A stretch of DNA of 64,000 nucleotides from Elusimicrobiota bacterium (GCA_044221725.1 JBGAON010000003.1:32001-96000); one strand, 5' to 3'; positions 40,662-50,184 are shown, counted from the stretch's first letter. Notes: generated from the sequence alone by a model not told the origin. Numbers and translations are program-made.

Positions 40662-41141
40662 TTATTTGGACTTGCAGCCGCTCGCGCCTTTGCACGCGTT
40701 CGAGCTCTTGCATCCGTTGGAGTTGCCTTTGTGTTTTTCTTTTTTGCCCGCTTTCTCCTGATGATGCGCGGTGTTACACCCACCTTGGCCTTTGCACGCG
40801 TTTTCACCTTTGCAGCCGTTGGCGTTGCCTTTGCAACCGCCCTGACCTTTGCAATCGTTCTTTCCTTTGCACGAGTGATGAACCGTGGCGCATCCCCCTT
40901 TCCCTTGGCAAGAATTTTTCCCGGCGCAGCCTGCGTCGCCCGACTTGCAGCCGCCTTTTCCTTTGCAGCTGTTCATGCCTTTGCAAACGTGTTTATCCAC
41001 ACCGCTGGTAGCGGTCGCTTTTGCGTCGCCGCCCGTTGGGGCCGCGGTTTTTGTGTCGCCGGCGTGAACCAATGAGCCGGCCATTCGCGTGCTGAGGATT
41101 CCGGCAACCGCCGCCGTCAGCATTTTTGTCATTTTCTTCAT
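40662..41141 (-). CDS. Cys-rich secreted RiPP precursor (bufferin BufA2-like motif, five copies)
   Basis: Signal-like N-terminus; five C-x-(G/S)-x-N-x-C-(K/Q)-G-x-(G/S)-G-C units; SD AAGGAG; directly upstream of DUF692. Confidence 0.88.
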   Translation of the reverse strand: MKKMTKMLTAAVAGILSTRMAGSLVHAGDTKTAAPTGGDAKATATSGVDKHVCKGMNSCKGKGGCKSGDAGCAGKNSCQGKGGCATVHHSCKGKNDCKGQGGCKGNANGCKGENACKGQGGCNTAHHQEKAGKKEKHKGNSNGCKSSNACKGASGCKSK

Positions 41142-41155
41142 GCGTGTCTCCTTTG

Positions 41156-42904
41156 TTATTTTATCTCAAGCGTCGTTTTCAGTTTATCGACGGTGAAAAT
41201 CGGTAACGAACAACGTTTGTTCGCGCACACAAACGCCGCGGGTGTTTCAAGCGGTGGATATTGGACGTCCGGATTCATCAACGGTTTCCTGGCCGGATCC
41301 CAAAATTCCAACCGACGGTACGTGACCGGAAACGCCAGTCGCGCGGTCCTGAAAAGTTCGGTTGTTTTTGGGTTGGACGTCTTTCCTATAACGGTGACGT
41401 GCACCGGATCTTCGGCCATTTCCATTCCGGCCAACAAAATTCCCGATGGGGGCAATTTTTCGGCAACCGTCGGATGCGACAAATATTTCATCGCGTGTTC
41501 GGCCGCCGCTCGATACGCGTTGTTGCCCGTGTAATGCGTGAGGAGGTTAAAGAACCGCACCGCCGAAATATTTTCATCGCGCTGCGGTCGTGCTGAAAGC
41601 CCGGCCGTTCCGAATTGTGACGACAGAAAGCCATTGCTGGGCTGTTTAAACCTCGCGATAATAAAATCGCCGGCATCGCGCGCGTGGACGAGCCAATCGC
41701 GGTCTCCGGTCACCGAGTAAAGTTGCACGAAAGCGCGCGCCATGGCGAGCGTGTCCGCCAAATACGGGCCCGCCGCGTCCTGTTCATCGTGACGAAAACC
41801 ACCATTGGGCAGCGAGCGGTTCTTCTCAATCCAAGCGGCGGCTTGCTTCGCTTGATTCAGTGCGGTTTCGTCGTTCGTCACGCAATAGTAAGCCACGATC
41901 GCTTCGATCGCCCAACCGTTCTCACGAGCGTAAATGTGCTTATCGGTTGCCGGCATTCCGATTTTACGGCGTTCTTTGTCGGACTTTTTGAAATACGCAC
42001 TGCTGTGTTCACCGCGCACAACATCAGCGTCCTGGCTTGTGTAAAACGCGCCCTCCGGACTCAGCAGAAATTTTGTGAGGAACCGATAGATGTCGGTCGC
42101 GGACTTTAAGTCCGCAGGCCGCTTCCATAGCAAATAAGCCAGCGCGTACATTTTTAGATCGTTCGCCTGGTAGTAGATGATCTTTTCGAAATGCGGCTCG
42201 TCCCACCGCCCGCCCGTCGAATATTGATACACGCCGCCCCAAACCGGGTCAATCAACGCGCGCGCGGCATCGAGGGTCTGGGTTGCCATTCCCATCGCTT
42301 TGCGGTCGCCCTTCCACGACAAAATGAGAGCGTGTTCCATCAGATCGGGATCCATAAATTTGTGGCCGGTGCCCCAGCCGCCAAATTTTTCGTCGTACGT
42401 ATCAAAAAAACTTTTTTCAAGGCGCGCGCGCAAATCGGACGACAGCGTTGAGGCGTTCGACGCTTCACTCGTCGGCTCGGTCGTAACGGAAGGTCCTGGC
42501 GTCGGGTCGTCCACAAACGCTTTTAACATCGAGCGCATCTCAGCCGGTTCGATATACCCGGCGCGCTTCGCGAGCTCTTCGCCTTTCGAATTAAAGATGA
42601 TCGTGGCGGGCCAACCATAATCTTCATATCGGTTCGACAGGTCCGGGCGGGAATCCTGATCAACGCGAACCGAAATGTAATTGGACGCGAGCAATTCGCG
42701 CACCTTTGGATCGCTGTAGGTTTTCTCGTCCATCACGTGGCACCAGTGACACCACACCGCTTCCAAATCCAGCAGCACGAGTTTGTTCTCTTTTTGCGCG
42801 ATCTCGAAAATATCGCCGGACCACGACTGCCACTTCACGGGCGCTGCGAAGGCCCCGGTGGCCATGAACATGAGCGCACAAACAATTAATTTTTTACGGT
42901 TCAT
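41156..42904 (-). CDS. Secreted DUF255 (YyaL/SPATA20-like) thioredoxin-domain protein
   Basis: Signal peptide; WCHWCHVM, RPDL, GWPAT, HFEK and C-terminal CANKRCSLP motifs. Confidence 0.88.
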   Translation of the reverse strand: MNRKKLIVCALMFMATGAFAAPVKWQSWSGDIFEIAQKENKLVLLDLEAVWCHWCHVMDEKTYSDPKVRELLASNYISVRVDQDSRPDLSNRYEDYGWPATIIFNSKGEELAKRAGYIEPAEMRSMLKAFVDDPTPGPSVTTEPTSEASNASTLSSDLRARLEKSFFDTYDEKFGGWGTGHKFMDPDLMEHALILSWKGDRKAMGMATQTLDAARALIDPVWGGVYQYSTGGRWDEPHFEKIIYYQANDLKMYALAYLLWKRPADLKSATDIYRFLTKFLLSPEGAFYTSQDADVVRGEHSSAYFKKSDKERRKIGMPATDKHIYARENGWAIEAIVAYYCVTNDETALNQAKQAAAWIEKNRSLPNGGFRHDEQDAAGPYLADTLAMARAFVQLYSVTGDRDWLVHARDAGDFIIARFKQPSNGFLSSQFGTAGLSARPQRDENISAVRFFNLLTHYTGNNAYRAAAEHAMKYLSHPTVAEKLPPSGILLAGMEMAEDPVHVTVIGKTSNPKTTELFRTARLAFPVTYRRLEFWDPARKPLMNPDVQYPPLETPAAFVCANKRCSLPIFTVDKLKTTLEIK

Positions 42905-42920
42905 TCGATTTCCTATAGCG

Positions 42921-42951
42921 TGATACGCCGAGGCGTTGGATTTGGATTCAT
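42921..42951 (-). promoter_or_regulatory. ECF promoter ATGAATCC-N16-CGTATCA of the DUF255-precursor-MNIO unit
   Basis: Both boxes and the spacing are identical to the copy at 44336-44366. Confidence 0.8.
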
Positions 42952-43787
42952 TTGAAATGACTCGCAAGCGCTGCAACTTCGTCGTCCGTGTGATCTTGCA
43001 GCGACCCCGCACGGGCGTTGATTTCGCTATTAACTTTTGTGGTCACGACCGCTTTGTGATGCGTCGCTTCAAGATCCTGCGAGAAATTTGCACCCGAGAG
43101 AACAATGTGGCCCGTGCAAATGCAAACGTAGGTTTCGTTCGGCTCGTCGGTCTCCACAAAAAATCCAGTGCCGAGCGCTTTTGTTTTAAGAATCGGTGTG
43201 ATGACCGCGTAACGCGTTCCGGTTTTGACCAAGCTAATCGCGCCGCCGCGGTCCAAGTGAACGTCGAAGCCGTTCGGTGTGGACCGCACAAACAAATTGG
43301 AGTTGGGTTTCACCTTGATGAGCACGCGATCGGACAGCCACACTTCCGTTGTCCCCGTCGCGTTCGTAGTGAGGTGTTGCCCCTCGCGCAACAATCCGTT
43401 TGCCGCGGTGCTCCTATTATTAATGCGCACGTCTCCGTTTAACTCAGAAATATGACCAACGGCCGCCGGCTTAATGAGCGTGGGCAGAAGGATCGCGAGC
43501 AACGCGCACGCGGCCAGCGCGAACAGGAATTGGCTCTGCCACCAAAAACGTTTTGGTGCGGACGGTTTCTCAATGGCCGCAAAGATTCGTCCCTTGATGT
43601 GGGGCGGCGGTTGAACCGGTTCGGCCGTGCCGGCCATTTGAGTGGCCACACTGGCAAACAGTTCTTTCGTTGAGCGGCAGGCGTTGCATCCCGCAGCCAA
43701 GTGCGATTGCAGCGCCACGCGATCGGCGGGGGACAACGCACCCAGCGCGTCGGCGGCCAAAAGTTCTTCGATCTGTTCGTGACTCAT
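42948..43787 (-). CDS. Anti-sigma factor: zinc-finger ASD, TM and FecR-like periplasmic domain
   Basis: ALGALS...HLAAGCNAC; one TM; FecR-like TP...K..GT.F; Cys/His-rich tail. Confidence 0.8.
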   Translation of the reverse strand: MSHEQIEELLAADALGALSPADRVALQSHLAAGCNACRSTKELFASVATQMAGTAEPVQPPPHIKGRIFAAIEKPSAPKRFWWQSQFLFALAACALLAILLPTLIKPAAVGHISELNGDVRINNRSTAANGLLREGQHLTTNATGTTEVWLSDRVLIKVKPNSNLFVRSTPNGFDVHLDRGGAISLVKTGTRYAVITPILKTKALGTGFFVETDEPNETYVCICTGHIVLSGANFSQDLEATHHKAVVTTKVNSEINARAGSLQDHTDDEVAALASHFK

Positions 43788-44320
43788 GCCACTTCGACCT
43801 CCTTTTTCAGGAGTTCCGCGAGTTTCAGCATGCCAAGGCGCATGCGCGTTTTAACGGTTCCAAGAGGTTCATTAAATTGGTCGGCGATTTCCTGCTGTGT
43901 GAGGCCGGCGAAATAAGCGGCATCAATGACTTTGCGTTGCGCTTCCGGCAAACGGGCGAGCGCCTCGCGAACACGTTGGGACGACAATTTCGCGTCAACT
44001 TGCGCATCGATTGCGAGCAAGCCGTCCCCAACATCGTGCCCGGCGTCATCATCGCTGCCCGTGAGTGTAACAGGCACATGATTTTTACGGCGACGCAACA
44101 CGTCAATGCACCGGTTTCGCACAAACACATAGAGCCACGTCGAAATGCGACCGATGCTCGCGTCGAACTCTTCCGCGTGATTCCATAACGACACAAACGC
44201 GTGTTGCACCACGTCTTCGGCCTCCGTGCGATTGCCCAGCATTCGGCACGCCAGACCGTACGCGGTCGGCGCGCACTGGTCGTAGATGTCCGCGAATTTT
44301 TCCTTGTCGATGTTAGGCAA
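43784..44320 (-). CDS. ECF sigma factor (SigK/RpoE-ChrR-like)
   Basis: AEDVVQ, AYFAGLTQQEIA and PLGTVKTRMRLG motifs; TTG start with SD AGGAG. Confidence 0.92.
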   Translation of the reverse strand: MPNIDKEKFADIYDQCAPTAYGLACRMLGNRTEAEDVVQHAFVSLWNHAEEFDASIGRISTWLYVFVRNRCIDVLRRRKNHVPVTLTGSDDDAGHDVGDGLLAIDAQVDAKLSSQRVREALARLPEAQRKVIDAAYFAGLTQQEIADQFNEPLGTVKTRMRLGMLKLAELLKKEVEVA

Positions 44321-44335
44321 ACGCTCTCCTGAAAA

Positions 44336-44366
44336 TGATACGCGGCATTAGAATTTTCGGATTCAT
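44336..44366 (-). promoter_or_regulatory. Putative autoregulatory ECF promoter ATGAATCC-N16-CGTATCA
   Basis: ATGAATCC gaaaattctaatgccg CGTATCA, 15 nt before the sigma start. Confidence 0.8.
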
Positions 44367-45430
44367 TCAGGCCTGGCGTCGAGCATCTGGCGGCGAACGA
44401 GTTCCATTCGCAAATACGTGAAGAATGTGTCAATCGGAACGCGCGCGAAGAAAAGAAACGGCAGGAACACGATTAAACCCAGGACGAGCATCAAACCAAT
44501 GACCAGCGCCTTGTGGCTGGCCAGCGCCGCCACAAGGACCGCCATTAAACCCCCGACGAGCACGAACGGAAGGATGAGCGCCAACATTAATAGCGCCATT
44601 CCCGTTTCGAGCACGACGGCCGCAAACGCATAAAAGCCGGTGAACAAGATAGCGCGTCCGATGTGACCGAACGCCCAATTCATCACGGAACCGAGCGCGG
44701 CCGGCGCCGACTGTGATCGGAGGAACATAACCACCGGCACGAATCGAAGCAGCAAGAATAACACCGTGGACATCGCGATCAAAAACAGAAATCCGACGAT
44801 CCCGCTTAACACTGTTGCGATCGGGTGAAGTTTGATAAGAGCCGCGAACTCATGAAAACGAGAAACGGCCAGGAAAACGGTTGACGCGAACGCCAGCAGC
44901 GACACGGCGGCGAGGCCCAGATGGAGCCAAAACAAAGATTCGCCCGATTCTCGGTCGGTGTTCCAACGCGACCGAATAGAAACTCGATTTTCCTCAAGGG
45001 ATCTTAGCAGCACAAACTGCAAGCGACACGTGAGCCACAAGAACATCGCGGACAACAATAGGATGATGCTGAGCACAAGCGCCGCTAACGTCAAGATCAA
45101 ACGCCGATTTTCGTTCCAAAGTGTGCGTACCCAGGCGAGCGATTGATTCACTCGTACTCGGATCGCTTCGCGGGGGTTGGCGTTTGTCGACGTCGGTGTC
45201 GAAGCGGACACGTTTGTGGTTTGGATATTCGATTTTGACGCCGCGGTTCGACCGGCGCCGAAGTTCGAAGCTGGAGCGCGGAAATTGAAAGCGGAGAAGG
45301 AGCCGGTCACCAGAAACAGAAGTGCGAGGCGCGCCCAAATTCCGAAATGGAAAGGCCACAATAAATTTTTGGAGCGCTGAAATGCCTGTGTGCAGAGATC
45401 ACTGAACAGATCAATCACGCGGCGGAGCAT
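44363..45430 (-). CDS. Multi-pass membrane protein of unknown function
   Basis: 355-aa ORF with about 6 hydrophobic segments. Confidence 0.65.
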   Translation of the reverse strand: MLRRVIDLFSDLCTQAFQRSKNLLWPFHFGIWARLALLFLVTGSFSAFNFRAPASNFGAGRTAASKSNIQTTNVSASTPTSTNANPREAIRVRVNQSLAWVRTLWNENRRLILTLAALVLSIILLLSAMFLWLTCRLQFVLLRSLEENRVSIRSRWNTDRESGESLFWLHLGLAAVSLLAFASTVFLAVSRFHEFAALIKLHPIATVLSGIVGFLFLIAMSTVLFLLLRFVPVVMFLRSQSAPAALGSVMNWAFGHIGRAILFTGFYAFAAVVLETGMALLMLALILPFVLVGGLMAVLVAALASHKALVIGLMLVLGLIVFLPFLFFARVPIDTFFTYLRMELVRRQMLDARPE

Positions 45431-45499
45431 ATAAAAATCCCGCTGCGTTTAACGCAGATTTAAATCGAATCCTTGCGTGGAATTACCCCGATCTGCTAA

Positions 45500-46603
45500 A
45501 TGGAATTAACACCCCATATTCTTCGTACGAGGAGACCCTATCTGGGCAAGAAATCAGTTCTCATCACCGGCGGAGCCGGATTTATCGGTAGCAATTGCGC
45601 GGTTGGATTTTTAAAAAAAGGTTGGAACGTTACGGTGTTCGACAACTTGTCCCGCAAGGGCGCATCGAACAATCTCGAATGGGCGCGTACGTTTGGTGAC
45701 ATTGATTTTGTCTTCGGCGATGTTCGCAGCGAAGAGGCGATGGCCGAAGCCTTCCAGAACAAAAAATACGATTTGGTGTTGCACTTGGCCGCTCAAGTGG
45801 CGGTTACCACCTCTGTTGAAAAACCGCGCGAAGACTTCGAAATCAATGCGCTTGGCACATTTAATCTTCTCGAGCATGTTCGTCTCAACAATCCGGAAGC
45901 GTTTGTTATTTATTCTTCGACAAACAAGGTCTACGGCAAGATGGACGGCGTTGGTGTGAAAGAGAACGCCACGCGCTATGAATACAAAGATCAGCCGCTG
46001 GGTATTCCGGAGACCGCACCCCTTGATTTCTACTCACCGTACGGCTGTTCGAAAGGGTCGGCCGATCAATATGTTTTGGATTACGGCCGAATCTATGGAC
46101 TTAAAACCTGCGCGATGCGCCAGTCGTGCATTTACGGTTACCGTCAGTTTGGCACCGAAGATCAGGGCTGGGTGGCGTGGTTTATTATCGCGACCAATTT
46201 GAAACGGCCCGTCACCATCTACGGCGATGGCAAACAGGTGCGCGACGTTTTGTTTGTCGATGATTTGGCGGACGCGTACGAAGCGGCGTATTTGAATCAG
46301 TCAAAGGCCGCGGGCCAGTCGTACAACATCGGCGGCGGGCCGGCCAACACGTTGTCGTTATTGGAGTTGATTGCGAATTTGGAAAAGAATCAGGGTCAAA
46401 AAATCGCCACCTCGTTCGGTGGCTGGCGGCCCGGCGATCAGAAGGTCTACATCTCTGATATTCGCAAAGCGAAGAAAGATTTTGGTTGGGAACCGAAGAT
46501 CAATGTCGAAAGTGGTCTTAAAAAACTGAACGCCTGGGTTCTTGAAAACAAAGGTCTTTTCGAGACAAAAACCGATGCTGTACATACTACTTCCAGTATT
46601 TAA
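45500..46603 (+). CDS. NAD-dependent epimerase (CDP-paratose 2-epimerase-like)
   Basis: TGGAGFIG, SSTNKVYG, YGCSKG and EDQGWVAWF motifs. Start uncertain. Confidence 0.88.
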   Translation: MELTPHILRTRRPYLGKKSVLITGGAGFIGSNCAVGFLKKGWNVTVFDNLSRKGASNNLEWARTFGDIDFVFGDVRSEEAMAEAFQNKKYDLVLHLAAQVAVTTSVEKPREDFEINALGTFNLLEHVRLNNPEAFVIYSSTNKVYGKMDGVGVKENATRYEYKDQPLGIPETAPLDFYSPYGCSKGSADQYVLDYGRIYGLKTCAMRQSCIYGYRQFGTEDQGWVAWFIIATNLKRPVTIYGDGKQVRDVLFVDDLADAYEAAYLNQSKAAGQSYNIGGGPANTLSLLELIANLEKNQGQKIATSFGGWRPGDQKVYISDIRKAKKDFGWEPKINVESGLKKLNAWVLENKGLFETKTDAVHTTSSI

Positions 46604-47390
46604 CGAAGAAGCGCACATTCGTCAGCTGATCGCGGACATCGACGGTGTCCTCGGCAATCAGCCGCACGAAATTGTGGTTGTAAACGATGGGAGTCTCGAC
46701 CAGACCGCGCAAATTATCGAACGGCTGGAAAATCCGCATGTCACCGTGCTTTCTCACAACATCAACCTGTCGATTGGCGCTGTTTATTCGACCGGAATCA
46801 ATTACATCACGCAGAAAAGCGCCGACGACGACGTGATGGTGCTCATGGAATCCGATCTTACGAGCCCAGCGTCCATGATTAAAAATCTTGCGGGCGGCAT
46901 TTCGGAAAATGGTCACGATATTGCGATCGCCAGCCGGTACTTGGACAAAGGTGGGTACGAAAGTTTTCCCGTGCTGCGCACCAGTCTCAGCCTCGGCGCC
47001 AATTCTTTGATGCGTTACTTCTTTCCTATCAATAACGTGCGCGATTACACAATTTTCTTGCGCGGCTATCGCGTGGGACTTCTTAAAAAGGTTTCGGCGT
47101 TTTTCGGGGCGACCAATTTGCTGCAAAGCAAAGGGTTCGTGAGCAACGCCGAACTGCTGATCAAATGCGCTCTTTTCACAAATAAGATTCAAGAAATTCC
47201 GTTCCTGTACAACTACGCGAAAAAGAAAAACCCGAGCAAGTTGCGCATCATCGGCACCGTTCTCGAGTATTTCAGTTTCATTTTTTACATGCGCGAAATC
47301 ATCAATAAAGTGAAACTGCGTCGTTCCCGCGCGCTCGCCAACGAAGCGCTGCAGACGAAGAAAGAAATTCCGACCGAATTCGTTCGCTAA
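46575..47390 (+). CDS. GT2 glycosyltransferase (polyprenol-phosphate glycosyltransferase-like)
   Basis: ILLPVFNE, VNDGS.D and IASRY motifs; the DxD position reads ESD. Confidence 0.85.
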   Translation: MLYILLPVFNEEAHIRQLIADIDGVLGNQPHEIVVVNDGSLDQTAQIIERLENPHVTVLSHNINLSIGAVYSTGINYITQKSADDDVMVLMESDLTSPASMIKNLAGGISENGHDIAIASRYLDKGGYESFPVLRTSLSLGANSLMRYFFPINNVRDYTIFLRGYRVGLLKKVSAFFGATNLLQSKGFVSNAELLIKCALFTNKIQEIPFLYNYAKKKNPSKLRIIGTVLEYFSFIFYMREIINKVKLRRSRALANEALQTKKEIPTEFVR

Positions 47391-47402
47391 TTTAGCGATC
47401 CA

Positions 47403-49325
47403 ATGAACCTCACCGAATCAAGAACCTTTCGACAAACATTTGCGCAGCCGCGTGCGGAGCTGCCCTGGTGGAATCGCTACGGCCAGTGGATTCTGTTCGG
47501 CGTGTTTTTTGTCGCCTACGAAGTGGCGGCGGCGAAAATTCCATTAACGCCTCGCTTCGCGACATTTCCGGATTGGAGTCCATATCTGCGAAACACACTT
47601 CACCTGATGCACTTCGAGGCGCCGGAAATGTTTTGGCCTTTTGGTTACAGCCTCTTCCTCGGACCTTTCCTAGGTCCGGCGTCCCAAAATTATGAATTGA
47701 ACCTGCGCGGACTTTTAATTTTTCAAAGCATCTCGATTCCATGTTGTATCGCGTCCGTCGGTTATGCAATTCGATCGTCGATGCCGTTGTCCTGGAGCAA
47801 TTCGTCCAAACTCATTTTTTCTGCGGTTTTCTACACGTTCTTTGTTTTTTACGAATCCTCGTATTTGTACGCGCACAATGTGGGCATTGATACCGGCTAC
47901 TTGATCATGTCGTGCGCCGCGATTTTCTGTTTCGTGAAATTGTTGGAAACCGAACAAGTGAGATGGGCCGTTGGACTTTGCGTAACTTCAATTGTCGCCT
48001 ATTACATTCGTCACATCATCATGCCGGTGTTGTTCGTGTGGTTGCTGGGTTTTTATTTTTTGCACCGCACCCAGCGTAGGTTTAGAATCGCCGCCGCAAC
48101 TTTCGTTTTGTTTGCGCTCGCGGCACCGTTTGTTATCGGACTGATTAACCTGCATGAGTTTGGGCGTTTCCACGCTTCCTTTCTCACCGGATGGTTTGAC
48201 CTCGCGGAATACAACAGCGATAAAGCGGGCGGATATTTTTACGATCCGGAGAACACGTACAGCCACGACACGTTTTTGCAGGGTTTTCAATACGCGACGG
48301 CCGATGTGGCGGGCTTCGAACAATTTAATGATTTCGAGAAGGCGGAGGTATTTAAGAGTTGGGCCGTGCCTTGGATTAAGTCGCATCCGAAGAAATACGC
48401 GGTGCTTTGTGTAAAGCGGCTTTACAACGTCATGCTGAGCACGAACAACAACGACGCATCGCGGCCGCTCAAAGAGTTGATTCAATATCGCACCGTTTCG
48501 TTTATCGAGCTCCGGTATTACGTTCTGGCCCTCCTTATTGTGTTTGCGTTGGTCCACGGAAAGCGATCATGGCCGCTCGCCGTTTTTATCGGCATGCATC
48601 TATTGTTCTTTGCCGCTATATTTTCACGGCCGCGGCACCGGTGGGGATTCGAATACGCGCTCATCGGTGTTTGTCTGTATGCGATGGTTGACCTCGCTAG
48701 AGCGGCGTGGAATGTTGTTCGACGGTCCGAAAAGCCGACGTTCGCTCGCGTTGGTGCCGTCGTTTTTGCGGCGTTGGCGGTGGGGGGCATTCGTTTGTGG
48801 GCAGACCCGCTTCACAAGTTTCAGCGCATGCTGCGCGCAACGGAATTCCAGGAAATTCCGCACGCGGTCACGAACGGTTCGTTCGAAGATGCGTTGGCCG
48901 ATTGGACGTCTCCCGGAAATTGTTCCGGTACCGAACGGCCTGACGATCTTGGATCGACCGTGACCATTGTGTCAGATGCGAGCGACGGAAAATCGGCCGT
49001 TCAATTAAGTGCGGTGAAACACATCTTGTGTATGGCTTCGGTTGTAAAGAATCTTGAGCCCAATCATCTCTATGAGCTGACGTACCGAACGAAAACTATT
49101 CAGGGGACCGAACCCGTCGTGTATTTGGACGGCGCCAGCGGGGGACTTACGCAGCGAAAGGGCCGCGACTCTGATCTGGAAAATGGCTGGAAGCAGAAAC
49201 AAGTTTTTTTCGTGACGCTCGCCGACGACAATTACGTAACGATCCACATTTATGCGGACGCCAAGCCGGATGGTTACACGACTGTCCTGTACGACAAGTT
49301 CACAATTTCAAAAGCAGTCTATTAA
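47403..49325 (+). CDS. Multi-TM GT-C-like glycosyltransferase with C-terminal CBM-like domain
   Basis: About 11 TMs; PFGY loop and PRHR motif; C-terminal NGSFE...W domain. Confidence 0.6.
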   Translation: MNLTESRTFRQTFAQPRAELPWWNRYGQWILFGVFFVAYEVAAAKIPLTPRFATFPDWSPYLRNTLHLMHFEAPEMFWPFGYSLFLGPFLGPASQNYELNLRGLLIFQSISIPCCIASVGYAIRSSMPLSWSNSSKLIFSAVFYTFFVFYESSYLYAHNVGIDTGYLIMSCAAIFCFVKLLETEQVRWAVGLCVTSIVAYYIRHIIMPVLFVWLLGFYFLHRTQRRFRIAAATFVLFALAAPFVIGLINLHEFGRFHASFLTGWFDLAEYNSDKAGGYFYDPENTYSHDTFLQGFQYATADVAGFEQFNDFEKAEVFKSWAVPWIKSHPKKYAVLCVKRLYNVMLSTNNNDASRPLKELIQYRTVSFIELRYYVLALLIVFALVHGKRSWPLAVFIGMHLLFFAAIFSRPRHRWGFEYALIGVCLYAMVDLARAAWNVVRRSEKPTFARVGAVVFAALAVGGIRLWADPLHKFQRMLRATEFQEIPHAVTNGSFEDALADWTSPGNCSGTERPDDLGSTVTIVSDASDGKSAVQLSAVKHILCMASVVKNLEPNHLYELTYRTKTIQGTEPVVYLDGASGGLTQRKGRDSDLENGWKQKQVFFVTLADDNYVTIHIYADAKPDGYTTVLYDKFTISKAVY

Positions 49326-49335
49326 CGAAGACCCG

Positions 49336-49665
49336 TTATTCGCGTTCGTTTAGGTTGGCATTCTCTTTCGCCCAGTAGGGGATTTCGAGAATGCACGAGC
49401 GCTTGAAGCGGAGCACGGCACCATTCGGAACCTCAGGCCAGTCCGACGCAACGGTTGACCGCGAAAGTGGAAGAACAGTTCCCGAAACCGTTCCATCTTC
49501 GTGAACCTGCGAAATTTTCATATTGATGAGCTCGCTATAACCCGTATCGTCGGATTTTACGTTAACACTGACCAAATTTCCGACGTTAACATCCGAGCGT
49601 AAAACCGAACCTTTCCATCCCGTGGTTTCGCCGGGCTTCGGTTCGTACACGTAAAAGTTAGACAT
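49336..49665 (-). CDS. Hypothetical protein
   Basis: 109-aa ORF with globular composition; no family recognised. Confidence 0.5.
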   Translation of the reverse strand: MSNFYVYEPKPGETTGWKGSVLRSDVNVGNLVSVNVKSDDTGYSELINMKISQVHEDGTVSGTVLPLSRSTVASDWPEVPNGAVLRFKRSCILEIPYWAKENANLNERE

Positions 49666-49974
49666 CGATATTCCCAAACCGCTCTGGCCGCTTTGTCATC
49701 CGTTAGCTCCTTCATAAAAACGAATCGTTACGAGGGTGAAAAGAGTTGGTGAAAAATGACGTTTAATCACATTCCTCAATGAACGCATGCGATTAGAATG
49801 GCGTGATCCACTGAAATATTCAATGCGATTTTTCAAAAGCATTTGAATATTACCGAGATTTGTGGGCCGCAAAAACGATATTTTGCAACAGCCGGCGAAT
49901 ATTCGCCGTACAATCCAACAAGTTCTTATCGCAGGGCCCTTCACAATTTCAAATGCAATTTACTAGGATCCGGC

Positions 49975-50145
49975 CACACGCTTAATCGACGGCAACTTTG
50001 CCCGAGAGCGGGGAACCCAGGATGAAACATTCGTTGAGAATGCGCGAGTGTTGGGGTGAATGATCAAAGCGTCTTGCGAACTCGGATGCCACGAACTAGG
50101 GCCCTCCAGCCCGAACCCGACAGCTAACCCCGTCAGCCAACAAAG
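49975..50145 (+). ncRNA. c-di-AMP (ydaO/yuaA) riboswitch
   Basis: Ordered blocks GCTTAATC...GCGGGGAACCCA...TTGGGGTGAAT...TAGGG...CCCGAACCCGACAGCTAACCCCGTCAGC; candidate promoter TTCACA-N18-TAGGAT at 49940-49969. Confidence 0.9.
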
Positions 50146-50157
50146 GAAGAGCCAATG

Positions 50158-50184
50158 CCAAAGAGCCTGCTCTTTGGTTTTTTT
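50158..50184 (+). terminator. Intrinsic terminator, expression platform of the c-di-AMP riboswitch
   Basis: CCAAAGAG-cctg-CTCTTTGG followed by T7. Confidence 0.85.

Noticed and set aside
40670..40990. About 57-bp periodic DNA repeats
   Set aside because: Fully explained by the Cys-rich peptide repeats of the RiPP precursor.
49696..49944. 82-aa ORF in an AT-rich intergenic stretch
   Set aside because: No SD or family motif. The region is more likely promoter/UTR sequence, though a small gene cannot be excluded.
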